This document shows positions 25,341 through 37,500 of a stretch of DNA of 64,000 nt, in pieces (positions within the stretch are counted from its first letter, which is position 1; the number at the start of each line of letters is the position of its first letter). The DNA lies in contig NC_081396.1 in NCBI RefSeq assembly GCF_030684315.1, positions 4,898,001 to 4,962,000 of the forward strand. The letters are read 5' to 3'. The position numbers and the translations under genes were made by a program. The stretch comes from Stegostoma tigrinum (taxonomy: Eukaryota). The notes beneath the pieces are model-generated. The model did not search any database, had not been told where the DNA came from, and saw only the letters and a program-made list of their open reading frames with translations.

Positions 25341-25479
25341 TGCCTTGAATAATCATTGAAAACACTTCAAGGTTGCTGTGGTTCCTGCACCTGACACCAT
25401 TTCAGATGCTGCCAGACCCTGTTGAGTACCTCCAGCAATTTTTTGTTTTTATATCAGATTTCCAACAGTTTTTTTATGC

Positions 25480-26170
25480 ACTGAGTCATGGATATATACA
25501 ACATGGAAATAGATCCTTTGTTCCAACTTGTTCATGCTTACCATATATTCTAAAATGATCTCACCCTATTTCCCAGCAAATCCCTCTAAAACCTTCCTCT
25601 TCATGTATCCATCCAAAAACCTTTTATGTGTTGTGACTATATCAGCCTCCACCACCAACTGTGGCAGCATATTTCATACGTGTGCAATCTTCTGTGCAAA
25701 AAGATTGCGCCTGAGGTCCCTTTGAAATCTTTGTCCCCTTATCTTAAATCTATGCCCTGAAGTTTTGGACTCCCCTTCTCTTAGTAAAAAAGCCCTTGGC
25801 TATTCAACCTATCCATCTCTGTCTGATTTTTTAAACCTCTAAGTCGTCTCCCCTCAGCCTCTGATGCTGCAGGCAACAAAGTCCCAGTCTACTCAGCCTC
25901 TCCTTATAACTCAAACTCTCTAAATACATCAACAAGCTTGTAAATCTTTTCTAAACTTTTTTTCAAATTTAACAACAGCTCTGCTATAGCAAGGAGACCA
26001 GAATTAAACACAGTATTCCTAGATTTGTTGAACAAATGTCCCATAGAGCTGCAACAGGACTTCCCACCTCCTATATTCAGTGCACTGACAGATAAAGACA
26101 AGCATGCCAAATGCCACCTTCACCATCCTGTCTACTTACAACTCCACTGTCAAGGAACTATACACTTGTT
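25480..26170 (-). mobile_element. CR1 LINE 3' end
   Basis: Reverse complement of an RT C-terminus/3' UTR similar to 11550-12150. Confidence 0.75.
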
Positions 26171-26561
26171 GTTAGCCCTTCAGAAGGATTGAAGACTGTG
26201 CGGAGAAAACAGGAACTGGATTGAGTTGTAGTTCCATAAAAATGCCTCTGATTCATGTCTGCCTCTCCCATCTCTGTATTTTCCGTAGTTTTGTGCAAAT
26301 ACTGACTGGTTCACCTCTGTAAAGGACATTTATGAACCTGTTTGTTTTAAATAATAATTGATCAGTTTGCCTGAGTGTCATCTACACAACTAACCAAATT
26401 AATTTCTCTCAGTTTTATAACCCAGTTTTCTTCTGGTTTCTTCCAATATATTTGCTTCCTATTTGAAACGCTATTTTACATTTGGAAACTTAAAATGAAA
26501 CCACACCCAGATCTGACAGTTACTCTGTTTATCATAACCTAATTATCTCAGGATTTTGAAC

Positions 26562-27480
26562 ATTGAAGGAAAGAACACCATTCACGCTGGGTAGGAACAC
26601 GTACCATCTGTCCATGGAAAAGTCTGTGAAGATTCATCTGAACGCAAACTAGGAAGAGAATGTGGATGTCTGGGCATTGTGTGAAAGGTTTTCTTGACAC
26701 ATCCAAGCCGAAAACTCCCCATACAGTCACACTGGAGAAGCCATTCATCAGCTTTGATTGTGGGATGAGATTCACTCAATCATCCAACCTGCTGAGACAC
26801 CAGCAAATTCACACTGGGGGAGACCATTCGCTTGTTCTGAGTCTGGAAAGAGATTCACGCAGTTATCTAAACCGCTGAGACATCAGCAAGTTTGCATTAG
26901 AGAGGGCCATTCATCTGCTCCAATTGTGGGAAAACATTTGCGCAGTCATCCAGCCTGCAGATACACCAGCGGGTTCACACTGTGGAGAGACGTTCACCTG
27001 CTCCGCGTGGGAATGGATTCACTCAGTCATCTAAGCTGCTGGAACAGCAGGGAATTCGCACTGGAGGACAACCATTCAGATGCTCCCAATTTGGGAAGGG
27101 ATTCACTTCCTCATCCAGCCTGCTGAACCACTCATGAATTCACATTGTGGCAAGACCATTCGCCTGATATGACTGTGGAAAAGGATTCACTTCGTCATCT
27201 AACGTGCTGCAACGTCAGCAAGTTCATACCAGTGAGAAACCATTCACCCGCTCCAATTGTGGGAAGGGATTTACCATATCATACAACCAGCTGAGAAACC
27301 AGCAGATTCACAGTGGGAGGAAACAGTTACTCATTCAACAGCCCTTTCACCCGTTCACTATGTGGGAAGGGACACCAGTGAAATGGAACGAGGTGGATTC
27401 TGTTCACCTTCTGTGTTTGTGTAAATGGTTTTGCCATTTGCTAACACACCAGCAAATTCACAAAGAACCAGAGGTGAAGG
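26562..27480 (+). pseudogene. C2H2 zinc-finger pseudogene
   Basis: Start codon mutated (aacATTgaagga vs aacATGgaagga). About 9 fingers are spread over three frames (HTVTLEKPFISFDCGMRFTQSSNLLRHQQIHTG; HTSEKPFTRSNCGKGF). Confidence 0.88.
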
Positions 27481-28105
27481 ATTTTGCTTTTACTCCCACC
27501 AAGGAACAAACCTTGGTCATTGGGCCATTTCTACTGATGTTATTAAACCCTGCTCTGTTAAAAGGTACTGATGTGTATAAAATGTTGATACAATTGTGTA
27601 TCTGTCGAATAGGTTTAGAGGAAATGGTTGCAATGTGACTGTACATGAGCACGTTTATACCAGGGAAAGACTGCCACCTACATATTTTGTGTTTTGTCTG
27701 GACTGGTTAAACAACAATGAGGTCACCAGTAATTATTGGTCTTGGATTTTGATGCTATTGTTATCGGTCTTCAAACCATGTTTTCTGCTCCTGTTTCTGA
27801 TGATGTTTGTAAACACCTCAGTTTCAATGACTTCTGTGGCATCAAGTCTTTGTCTCATTCTGAGCACCTAAGATATAAGATAAAGAATAGCTTTTGCATG
27901 AGCAGTTGGGAGAAGAGACATCCAGAGTGATATACAGCCTCTAATACTGAAAATTTAGTTACAAATGCTGTGGGTGCACATACTCTTTAACTTGGCAAGG
28001 GGATAGGATCCAGAGCGAATGTCCAAAAGGGTAAGAAGACAAGAGACGGATCAACAAGTGAACCAGGTAGGCATCAACATTACAGGCTGGTTCAGATACA
28101 AGGGA

Positions 28106-28270
28106 TAGTAGGAACTGCAGATGCTGAAGAATCTGAGATAACAAGGTGTAGAGCTGGATGAACACAGCAGGCCACACAACATCAGAGGAGCAGGAAGGCT
28201 GATTTTTCGGGCCTAGACCAGAACTGCTTGGCCTGCTGTGTTCGTCCAGCTCTACACCTTGTTATCTCAG
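28106..28270. mobile_element. Fold-back (palindromic) Penelope pLTR insertion
   Basis: Arms 28133-28174 and 28229-28270 are reverse complements. TSD tacaaggga at 28097-28105 and 28272-28280. Confidence 0.85.
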
Positions 28271-28279
28271 GTACAAGGG

Positions 28280-29820
28280 AGTTTGACATGGTTGAATGGC
28301 ATTGATTTTAATGCTAAAAGTTTGACAACAAGGCAGATGAGTTGAAGATACAAATTAAAACATGGGGGCATGATGACATTGCTGTCACTGAGACATGGTT
28401 GAGAGAGAGGCAGGATTGGACACAGAATCTTCATGCGAGACCGCAAAGGAGGCAAAAGAGGAGGAGGTGTCGCAGTTACATTCAGGGAATTTGTTGCACC
28501 AAAAAGAAGAGATGACATCTTAGAAAACTCCTGAAATAAACCTCTATGAGTTAAAGTAGAAGAGCTGGTCAGGAGGCAAATTTTAGGGAAGTGTAAACGT
28601 GATCACGTTGTAATTACAGGAGATTTCAACTTCCCCAACATTAACTGTGGTCATCATATTCTGAAAGTTTTAGATGAACTTTTAAAATAGATTTTTAAAA
28701 TGGCTTTTAAGCCAAAATGTAGAAGTCCCAATAAGGACAGGGGAAGTCCTGGACTGTAGGTAATAAAGACAGACAGGTCAGTGAAGTATCAGTGGGGGTG
28801 CATTTTGTAGATAGTTCCTAGAACTCTTTTTGTAAGATTCAGGGTTGTTATGGAACGGGACAAGAATGGGCTTCAAATCAAAGTTCCAAATTAGTTGATT
28901 TAGTAAGACCAGAAATGATTTGACGAGAGGGAGCAAGGAACAGACACTTTCACCTAAATGAACAAGAGGGAATTTTGATGGGGAGATATGGGAAGCTACA
29001 AGGGGAACGTGAATTGATATAGCCAGGTAAAATAAAGGAAAATACTCAGTTGTTTGACAGATACCTTAACGGCTCAAGGGTAAGGGGGGACACGGTAAAG
29101 CCCGTATAGGACTGCAGTGGAAACTGTGCGGAACTACAGGATGAAGGTTTTTTTTTCTAGGATGGTCCTAAGTGAATACTTTGTGTCAGTATTCACGAGT
29201 GAGTGAGACAATTCAGGGATAGAATTTAAAGAAATTAGCACAGAGACAGGGTTTTTTTTTTGAGTAGTCTAAGGGACAGAATTAATTTACATCAGAAAGG
29301 CTGGTATTAATCAAGAATAGTCAACATGCATTTTCAAGGAGAGTTCATGCCTGACCAACTTGATTCAATTTTTTAATGAGGTGTGGCAATCGGGCAATGC
29401 GTTTGATGTAGTCTCTTGACATCAGCAAGGCTTTTGATAAGGTCCCACATGGGAGACTGATAGCAAACGTAACAGCCCATGGAATCCATTGAAATCTAGC
29501 AAATTTAATCCACTGTCGGCTGAGTGGTAGCATTCACGGGATAATGTTCGATGGGTGTTTTTTGACTGACTGGAAGTCTGTGTCCAAAGAGGTCCCACAG
29601 TGGTCAGTGTTGAGCCTTTGCTGTTTTTGGTTTGTATAAATGATTTAGAATTGAATGGTTAATCAGTTAGTTTGCAGATGATACAAATGGGTGGTAAATA
29701 GTTAAAAGGGTAACTTTAACTTACAGGAGGATTTATAGAGGATGATCAGATTGGCTGAGCAGTTGTTAATAGAATTCAGTCTGGATCAGCAAGAAGTGAC
29801 ATATTTGGACAGGGGAATTG
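28280..29820 (+). mobile_element. CR1 LINE ORF2 fragments
   Basis: IAVTETWL, GDFNFP, DISKAFDKVPHGRL and FADD motifs with disruptions. Confidence 0.85.
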
Positions 29821-30213
29821 GTCATTGCATTTGACTGTTAACCAAAAGATTGATGTTTCGTAGATCAGCTTGTGAGGGAAGGCTATTTCATTGTTTACAT
29901 CAGTGTACTATATGACACAGACCTGGTTTTATTTGCAAGACAATTTTGACTAATGTTGCTCGCTCCACAGTTAGACTTCAAAAGACATTTTCTAATGCAT
30001 GGTGTTACGAATTGTGAAGAAGGAAAATTGATTTTTGGGCTTATTTGCTCATTAATTTACTGCCCTTTAAATCCTGACCATCTCCGATGGAAGTCCTTTT
30101 GTTGTGAACATGAGGGAGAAGGCCACTGTTAGCCAGGCAAATAAAGATGTGAAGTTGAGAACAAATAGTGACTGTAAATTTAAGAGACACATCTGAACCA
30201 AACTTTCTGGAGC

Positions 30214-30291
30214 GGGTCTAGGCCCAAAACGTCAGCTTTTGTGCTCCTGAGATGCTGTTGGGCCTGCTGTGTTCATCCAGCCTCACATTTC
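30214..30291 (+). mobile_element. 78-bp Penelope pLTR micro-insertion with 12-bp TSD
   Basis: actttctggagc at 30202-30213 and 30292-30303 flanks gggtctaggcccaaaacgtcagc...cctcacattt. Confidence 0.9.
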
Positions 30292-30479
30292 ACTTTCTGG
30301 AGCATGTCCCCACCTGTATTCATTTTCTCTCCCTACAGTTGCTGCGCGTAAACGGTGTTCCCCCAGGCTGAGAAAAGAAATTTAAAGGGGAGGGAGAGAC
30401 ATTGCTTTGTTCCCACGTGTTGCTCAGAGCATGAAGACTCTCACTTTGGGCGACATTTTGTTGTGAAGTTCACAGTGGA

Positions 30480-30790
30480 GGGGTGTGGCTTACTTGAAAC
30501 AACCAATAGAAATCACTGAGCGTCTTCGGCTTACAGACAGCAGGGCAGGCGCTCGGATACGAGAGCCCCTCCCCCATCCATTGTTTCTTCTGTCCCCTCC
30601 TGGAGCCAGGGTTTCCAGTGCAACCGGCTGTGGGATCGAGCCAGAGCCAAAGCTGCCCATCCCCCTCGGTCCCAGGGCTGCTGCTCCAAAAAGAGACAGA
30701 TTGACCTCGACCGCTGGCGGCAGCTGCACTGCGCCTGACCCAGACAGTGGGCCCGTATAGTTTTTTGCGGCCCTCCAGCTAATGACTGGG
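30480..30790 (+). promoter_or_regulatory. CpG-rich promoter / first exon, probably of the ZNF gene at 33.6 kb
   Basis: Local CpG enrichment, GT/GC box gggtgtggc and CCAAT (aaccaatag at ~30501). Located ~3 kb upstream of the acceptor at 33555. Confidence 0.6.
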
Positions 30791-30947
30791 GGAGGGGAGA
30801 ATAGTTTAGAAAACTGCTTCCTTTAATTTTCCACCAGGCTATGCAACCACACTGGGTTTGTGCATTTTCTTTGGAAAGAACAACCGGACTAAAGTGCTGA
30901 AAAAAAATCACTGGATGAATCAGGGAGTGAACATGTTCAGCCTTTCA

Positions 30948-31160
30948 TAGCACTGTGTGGAGCTGGAGGAACACGGCAGTTCAGGCAGTATCGGGGAGCA
31001 GGAAAGTTGATGTTTCAGGTCGAGACCCTTCTTCAGAAAAAGGGGTCCCGACCCTAAACGTCAACTTTTCTGCTCTTCTGATCCTGCCAGAGAGACTGTG
31101 TTCCTCCAGCTCCACACTGTGTTATCTCTGACTCCAGCATCGGCAGTTCTTACTATCTCT
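30948..31160. mobile_element. Fold-back Penelope pLTR insertion
   Basis: Minus copy 30950-31038 and plus copy 31041-31160 meet at the ribozyme motif. tcagcctttca is repeated at 30937-30947 and 31170-31180. Confidence 0.85.
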
Positions 31161-31389
31161 GAGTGACGGTCAGCCTTTCACTGTTTGTGTGTTTGAGGTT
31201 TATCTGTTCTGTCCGTAGGGAAATATATGGAGCATGTGCAAATAGAGAGTGGAAGACGATGGAGGAATTTGAAATCGAGAATGGGAATTTTAAAATTCAG
31301 TCATTGCTGAGCAGAGGTCCAAAGTGGGATGTGGGTGTTGCTGCCTGAGTCAGCATTGTTTTGCCCATCTCAGATGCTCTGGAGAAAAT

Positions 31390-32920
31390 GCTGCCACGGA
31401 CTATGTCTGATTTTTTTTCTGAAGATGTGACGAGTGAAACCAGTTGATGGGATCACTTGGATTTTCCAAAAGCTTTTGATAATGTTACACATTGGAGTTT
31501 AGTGTGCAAAATCAAAGAATTGTTAAGTATGTACTGGTATGGATTGAGAATTGGTTAGCATTCTGGAAACAGAGAGTAGAAACAAATGAGACTTTTACGG
31601 AGCATCAGGCTTTGATAATTAGGACTCTGCAAGGATCACCACCCTTAGACACTAGCTATTCAAAGTATTCATCAACGATTTGGGTGATGGAATCCAATGT
31701 AATACTTCCAAATTTGTTGACACAGAGCTAAGGGGATTATGAGTGAGCAAGACACGAGGCACCAGGGTGATTTAGAACATTTGAGTGAACAGCAAATGCT
31801 TGGCAGGCACGGTATCAGTGCAAAGTTATCCACTTATGTTGAAAACTCAGAATGGCAGAATATAATTCACACAGTGGTAGATTTGGAAACGTTGATGTGC
31901 TAAGTGACCCGGATATGCTTGTACACCAGCCACTCAAAGCAAGCCAACAGGCAGTTAGGAAGGTAAATGGAACTTTGTCCTTCATTGCAAGAGGTTTGTG
32001 TACAGGAGCAGAGTGGTCTTACAGCAGCTGTGCAGGGTTCTGTGGGGACCTGAGTGGAGTGTGTGCGCACGTTTGGTCTCCTTCACAAAGAAATATTATT
32101 CTCATTGCAGGAAAACAGCAATCTCTTGTGTTGGTGAAATCCAGTCAGGAACAAACGCTGTCACTCTTGGTGCATCTGGAGGAAGCTCAGCTGCACTGTC
32201 CTTGTTTTGAGTCAAACTTGCAGAAGATGTCATTTTTTGGCATCTCCACGAGGATTTGTCCACAGTAGGAAGTGGATGATGTCCCTTCACTCCTGCTTTA
32301 TTCCCCTGTTGCAGAGCAACACGGAGTCTGATGACACCATTAGGTTTTGACATTTCAACTGCAGGGTTCACAGAAGAAAAGAACAGTGTGGAGAAAGTGA
32401 TCCAAGAGGAGTAGTGTGAAATATTAGACAAAATGCTTATAATGAGACAGAAAGTGTTAGAGGAGTTGGAATCATTGAAAGTGGATAAACCACCAGAGCC
32501 AGATGAATAGTTCGCTTGGATGTTGAAGGAGGCCATGGAGGAAATGACCAGCGCTGTGAGGATTATTTTCTGGAAGACTGGAGGAATTCAAACATTTTTT
32601 CATTCTCTTAAAAGGGTACAAAGCAATTGCAAAACAACAATATGCCAGTCAGTCTTACTTTGGTGAAAATTCGTAAGAATCAATCGTGAGATGTCAGCCA
32701 AGATGTCACTTCAAAATCCAAGGACTAGTCAGGGATACCATTGCTTTGTTAAGGCAAGGTCACGCTTGACAAATTTGTCTGAATTCTTTGAGGAATTGAC
32801 AAGGAATATTGATGTGGGTAGTGAAGTGGATGTTGTCTGAATGGATATTATTAAGGCATTTGACAAAGTCCCACAAAGCAGACTGGTCAAAAGAAAAAAT
32901 GCATGGGATACAGGGTAATC
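31390..32920 (+). mobile_element. Fragmented CR1 LINE RT remnants
   Basis: DFPKAFDNV, WIENWL, FIARG and IKAFDKVP motifs. Confidence 0.75.
32145..32372 (-). mobile_element. Ty3/Gypsy LTR-retrotransposon reverse transcriptase fragment
   Basis: VNPAVEMSKPNGVIRLRVALQQGNKAGVKGHHPLPTVD, then (frameshifted) FCKFDSKQG and ELPPDAPRVTAFV. This matches the Gypsy RT pattern WVxPxVxVxKPNGxIRLCVDxRxxN...HPLPT...FSKLD...TAF. Confidence 0.75.
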
Positions 32921-32937
32921 AAACTGGATCCTCTGTT

Positions 32938-33078
32938 AGCGAGTTTTGAGAAGATTTGTAGCTCAGGTTGAGGTTCTGGATGTCAATTTGCTCGCTGAGC
33001 TGGAAGGTTAGTTTTCAGATGTTTCATCACCATTTTAGGTAACATCATCAGTGAGCCTCCGACGAAGCGCTGGTGTTA
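32938..33078 (-). mobile_element. Solo pLTR of a second Penelope family with hammerhead-like motif and 13-bp TSD
   Basis: TSD tggatcctctgtt at 32925-32937 and 33079-33091. The minus strand carries ctgatga-t-gttacc-taaaat-ggtgat-gaaac-atc. Confidence 0.8.
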
Positions 33079-33651
33079 TGGATCCTCTGTTTCAAGAGAT
33101 TCTGACACCATCCCAGTTGCAAGCTCCAAAGACTCTAATATTGAAAGCAGTGAATTTTTTTCAGAGCTGAGCATTTTTCATTATTCTGGAGCAATTTCAA
33201 GCTTTTCATGCAGTGTTCTGTTATCAGTGAAAGACTGCATGGCCTGCAGATGGCGTGGCTCCGTTATGCTCGATCTGAATCCATGTCCATCCATTACTCT
33301 ACTTCATGTCTCCCCTCCTGGGTTTCCCCTCTGTCATTGCCTAACTTCCTCAGTCCCTGGTAATTAGTATGCTGCTGATGTACCAACTTCACCTTCTCAC
33401 AGAATTGTTAACAGTCAGAAATTGTTTCTACTGCACTGCTTTTAACTTCCACTCTAAAAATTATGAGCTTCATTGAGTTCACATGTCACAACCTGCATTT
33501 TTGATTTTGTTGTTTCTATCTCACTCCCTTTGTTCTATCTAAATCAGTTTCACAGAGTTTTTCGGAAGTTTTTCAGCCAAGAAACTGAACTCAAGCATTA
33601 CATCAGGATCTGAGAGAGTTGCCAAACATATCACAACCTGAATGTCACTCA

Positions 33652-34530
33652 ATGTTGAACATGGAAGGAGAAAGCACCTTATACTGTGGAAAGAAACCGT
33701 ACCCCGATTCAATGTGTGGACAAGGCTTTAACCATTCAACTGGCCTGTCAGAAAATGAACATATTCATACTGATGAGAAGCCTTGGAAATGTGGGCACTG
33801 TGGGAAAGCATTCTTTCATCCATCAAAGCTGAAAATTCATCGGCGTAGTCACACTGGAGAGAGGCCATTCACCTGTTCAGAGTGTGGGGAGGGATTCACT
33901 CAGTCATCTACCCTGTTGATACACCAGAGAGTCCACACTGGGGAGAAGCCGTTCACCTGCTCTGAATGTGGGAAAGGATTCACTCAATCATCCACCCTGC
34001 TGAGACACCAGAGAGTTCACACTGGGAAAAGGCCATTCACCTGCACAGAGTGTGGGAAGACGTTTGTCAATTCATCAAACCTGGTGACACACCAGCGAGT
34101 TCACACTGAGGAGAGACCTTTTAAATGCCCAGTCTGTGGGAAGTGCTACAAAAGTTCTGGGGAGCTGATGCTCCATCAACGTGTTCACACTGATGAGAGA
34201 CCATTCAGATGCTCTGACTGTGGAGCTGCATTTAAACGATCATCTTACCTCACTGTACACCATCGTGTTCACACTAGGGAAAAGTCATTCACCTGCACTG
34301 ACTGTGGGAAGGGCTTCTCTCAGTCATCCCACCTGTTGATACACCAGCGTGTTCACACTGGGGAGAAGCCCTTTACCTGCTCTCATTGTGGAAAGGGATT
34401 CAGTCAGTCATCCCACCTGCTGAGACACCAGCACATTCACACTGGAGAGAAGCCATTCACCTGTCCCAGTTGTGGGAAGGGATTCACACAGGTGTCACAT
34501 CTGCTGAGTCACCAGAGAGTTCACAACTAA
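33652..34530 (+). CDS. Tandem C2H2 zinc-finger protein (9 intact fingers + 1 degenerate), single coding exon, no effector domain
   Basis: Uninterrupted ORF with CxxC-x12-HxxxH and TGE(K/R)P linkers. ATG at 33652, or at 33661 (aacATGg, conserved in paralogs). Acceptor tttcacag ends at 33555 with an in-frame TGA before the ATG. AATAAA at 34650-34655. Confidence 0.9.
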   Translation: MLNMEGESTLYCGKKPYPDSMCGQGFNHSTGLSENEHIHTDEKPWKCGHCGKAFFHPSKLKIHRRSHTGERPFTCSECGEGFTQSSTLLIHQRVHTGEKPFTCSECGKGFTQSSTLLRHQRVHTGKRPFTCTECGKTFVNSSNLVTHQRVHTEERPFKCPVCGKCYKSSGELMLHQRVHTDERPFRCSDCGAAFKRSSYLTVHHRVHTREKSFTCTDCGKGFSQSSHLLIHQRVHTGEKPFTCSHCGKGFSQSSHLLRHQHIHTGEKPFTCPSCGKGFTQVSHLLSHQRVHN

Positions 34531-34779
34531 CCACAATGATTGGATTTCATTCTTAATCACATCTTGAAATGGACTATGTTCGTTGCTGTCTGTTTTTGCT
34601 GATGCTAACAACCACCTGTCTAGTGATATGTTAATCTAGATAAATGTCAAATAAAGCAACTTTGTGATAAACACAGTGAGTCATCATCTTATTTTCTCTA
34701 ACCCAGGTGATTCCCTTTTGAATTCTTCTCCCTCTCCCCTCCATCCTCACCTTTATCAAGAAGTCCAAGGAGTTTTGTT

Positions 34780-35050
34780 GTCACAGAGATTGAGGCAATC
34801 TGATCAGCTGCCACTGCCCAGACTGGGGAAAGTGCTGTGGACTCGTCAGTGATCTGATTTCTTACCAATATATTCACACCCAGAGGAGAGACCATTCCAT
34901 GCTCTCAGTGCAGGAATGTGTTCAGACAATCATTTGCCCTCACTGTAAACACCAATGAACTCACATGATGGGGAGGTTGTTCATTTGCACTGAGTGTGGG
35001 AAGATTCACTCCGACATCCCGTTTTCCAAGACATCAGTGTGATCATTAGT
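34780..35050 (+). pseudogene. Zinc-finger remnant downstream of the intact gene
   Basis: attcacacccagaggagagaccattccatgctctcagtgc and ttcatttgcactgagtgtgggaag finger fragments. Confidence 0.65.
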
Positions 35051-35399
35051 GGCTGCAGCAGTCGGATTTGCTGTTAATCAATCGCTGGACCCATCTATTT
35101 CCCATTTGGTCTTTTTTTCTCCTGATGTTAATAAATTTCAGAACAGTTTTAGGTGAGAATATTCAGAATAAATTTCACATGAATTAGCTTGATCTTAAAC
35201 CCAGTGTGTTTAGCAATTTTTTAATATCTCTTACACAACTGAGTCCCTTTTGAAGGATCTCCCTCTTGTCTCTTCCCTCCAACAAGTATAAGGACTTCAA
35301 GGAGATTAGTTACCACTAAGATTGAGACAATCCAATCAGCTGCCTCTGCTGCTCCCTCCCTTCCATTAACTCCCTGATTTAAAAAAAAACTGCCTGTCC

Positions 35400-36200
35400 A
35401 GTTCCTCCTTGCCCGACCCCTGATCCCACAGCTTTCTTCAGTTTCTCTTCTGTCAGAGCTTGTCTTTCCACAAGACTCACTTTCGTTCCATTAACCCTCT
35501 CCGCACTACGGATGCACACTGATGTTGTTAACAGCTCACTCTCCCCGTCCTGTCCCTAAAATCTTCACACTCACCAATTCTTTAAAAAAAATTATTAGAC
35601 TTGAACTTGGTGACCCCCCCCCACCCCCGACAATGAGCTATCATTGGTCCCTCCTATTTCTCATCGACACACTACACCTGGTTGACATCCAGATGCACTG
35701 TGTTAGCTTTCACGTGGTCACTGACAACTACCAGCTCTCCCTCTCCACCATCCCTGTCCAGTCCTCCACGGTTATTAAATTATCCCATACTTAAATGTCG
35801 GATGAACATAAATGTCCTCAAATTAAATGTTTGGAAGACAAATCAATTGTCTTCAGTTACAGCTATTCAATCCATTCTCAAACTCCTGGGTCCATTCCTC
35901 TTCCCTGTCAATGAGACTGAGCCACACTGTTCATAATCTCAGTCATAATTTTATCCTCAAGATGAATTTCTGACCACAGACACTACACCGTCAGTCTAAC
36001 CAGATATTTCAGTCCCCATAATGTCAGCCATCTCCACCCCAGCCCAGCTTATCTACTGCTGGAACCCTCATCTGTGCCCGGGTCATCTTCAGACTTGACA
36101 ATTCCAATGCATTCCTGACCAGCTTCGTATTTTCATCCCAGCCGTACATGGAAAAATGAGATCCCCCAAAACACTGTTGTGCAATTACACACTCCTTCTA
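35400..36200 (+). mobile_element. L2-type LINE RT/3' remnant
   Basis: cggatgaacataaatgtcctcaaattaaatgtttggaagac (WM..N.LKLN..KT) and ttcagacttgacaattccaatgc (SRLDY.N). Confidence 0.6.
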
Positions 36201-36749
36201 AACTGTACGTTTGCAGTCGCTCCAAGTTTAGCTGCTTTGACTGTGGCATTGATGTCCAATTTCAGAAGTCATGACCGTGCACTGCCCTTGGAAGCTTGCA
36301 GAGCCAGAATGAAAATTTAAGAGGAGGCTGGTTCTGTTCACCGCCACCCTCTTTGTTCCCTAACAGCATTGCTGCTCAGTTTTTTTTTCTCAGCTGACCG
36401 CTGAAATCTATGTGCAGCAGTCATGCTCGATCGTGGGACCTTGAAATTTCAATGGATCATTGCAGTTAATCTGTTCATCTTGGTCTCACATACTCTAGCT
36501 CCTTCTTAGGCTTAAATCCATACACTTGAAGCATTTATATAATTTCATTCTTCCACTTACAATCTCTCCATACCTTGTGTGCAAAATAAGACTGCAATCA
36601 ATGAGCTAACAGTTTTCTTTTGCAGTCATGGGAACCTTGGAGAATGCAGAATAAATGAATCATTGCTCATTTTAAACTCATTTAAAATAATCTTTCTCCT
36701 GTTTTAATGTGGCAATTATGGAAGAAATCCATTGAAGTTTCAAAGTTTG

Positions 36750-37500
36750 CAGATTTGATGTTAGGAAACTTGAGTAAATCCTTTTGCACTCCCAATGTCC
36801 GAACTGTCTGCCTCTTTGCCAGTGCTTCTGTCTTGGTAAATGGGATGGCCAAGTGAATTCCTTTCCACAATTAGCTCGTGAATATCCTCTCCCAGGGTTG
36901 ATTGCACCCATGGTTGACAATAAGAACATAAATAGATGCAAGACAAAATATTGTAAATTTTATGTAAAATTGCCTAAGTAATATCATAAATTTTTGAGGC
37001 CAATTAAGATGGCAGTGAAGGTGATGTATTGTGACTTCACGATGAAGTCCTGGACACTGGACAATCTCCAGCTGGGATTGGTAATTGAACCCCTCCCACA
37101 GTCCCCACAGTTCCACTGTTTCTCCATGGTGTGGGTGTATTTTGTGATTTTCTATTTTGGACAATCAGTTGAAATTTTATCTACATACAGAACGCATATA
37201 TCGGTTCACCCATTGTGAATGCTGTACATTTTTTTTAAACACTGTAACTGGTCAAACCTCTTTCAACAGTCAGTTCACTGGAGCACTGTCACCCAGGTTG
37301 TGTAACTGAATAAAGGTCTTTCCACAGACCATTCACGGACTCTCATTCTTATTTAGCGAGGTTTGGTGATTTTTCAGTTGCTTCGCTCTCCATATTTAAA
37401 GACCGATGACACGCAGGTCCCAATAAATTTTAAAATCCTGTCAGATCTTGAAGTGATGACTGGTTTGATAGCATATTTAGAAGTCATTCCCGATCCCCTT
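36750..37500 (-). pseudogene. Degenerate C2H2 zinc-finger pseudogene
   Basis: Minus-strand fragments ANCGKEFTWPSHL and cacaccatggagaaacagtggaactgtggggactgtgggagggg (HTMEKQWNCGDCG). Upstream layout resembles the 46 kb gene. Confidence 0.75.

Noticed and set aside
27795-27865. C/D-box snoRNA-like pair (tgatga ... ctga)
   Set aside because: Box C lacks the leading purine, there is no terminal stem, and it overlaps the shared ZNF 3'-flank motif
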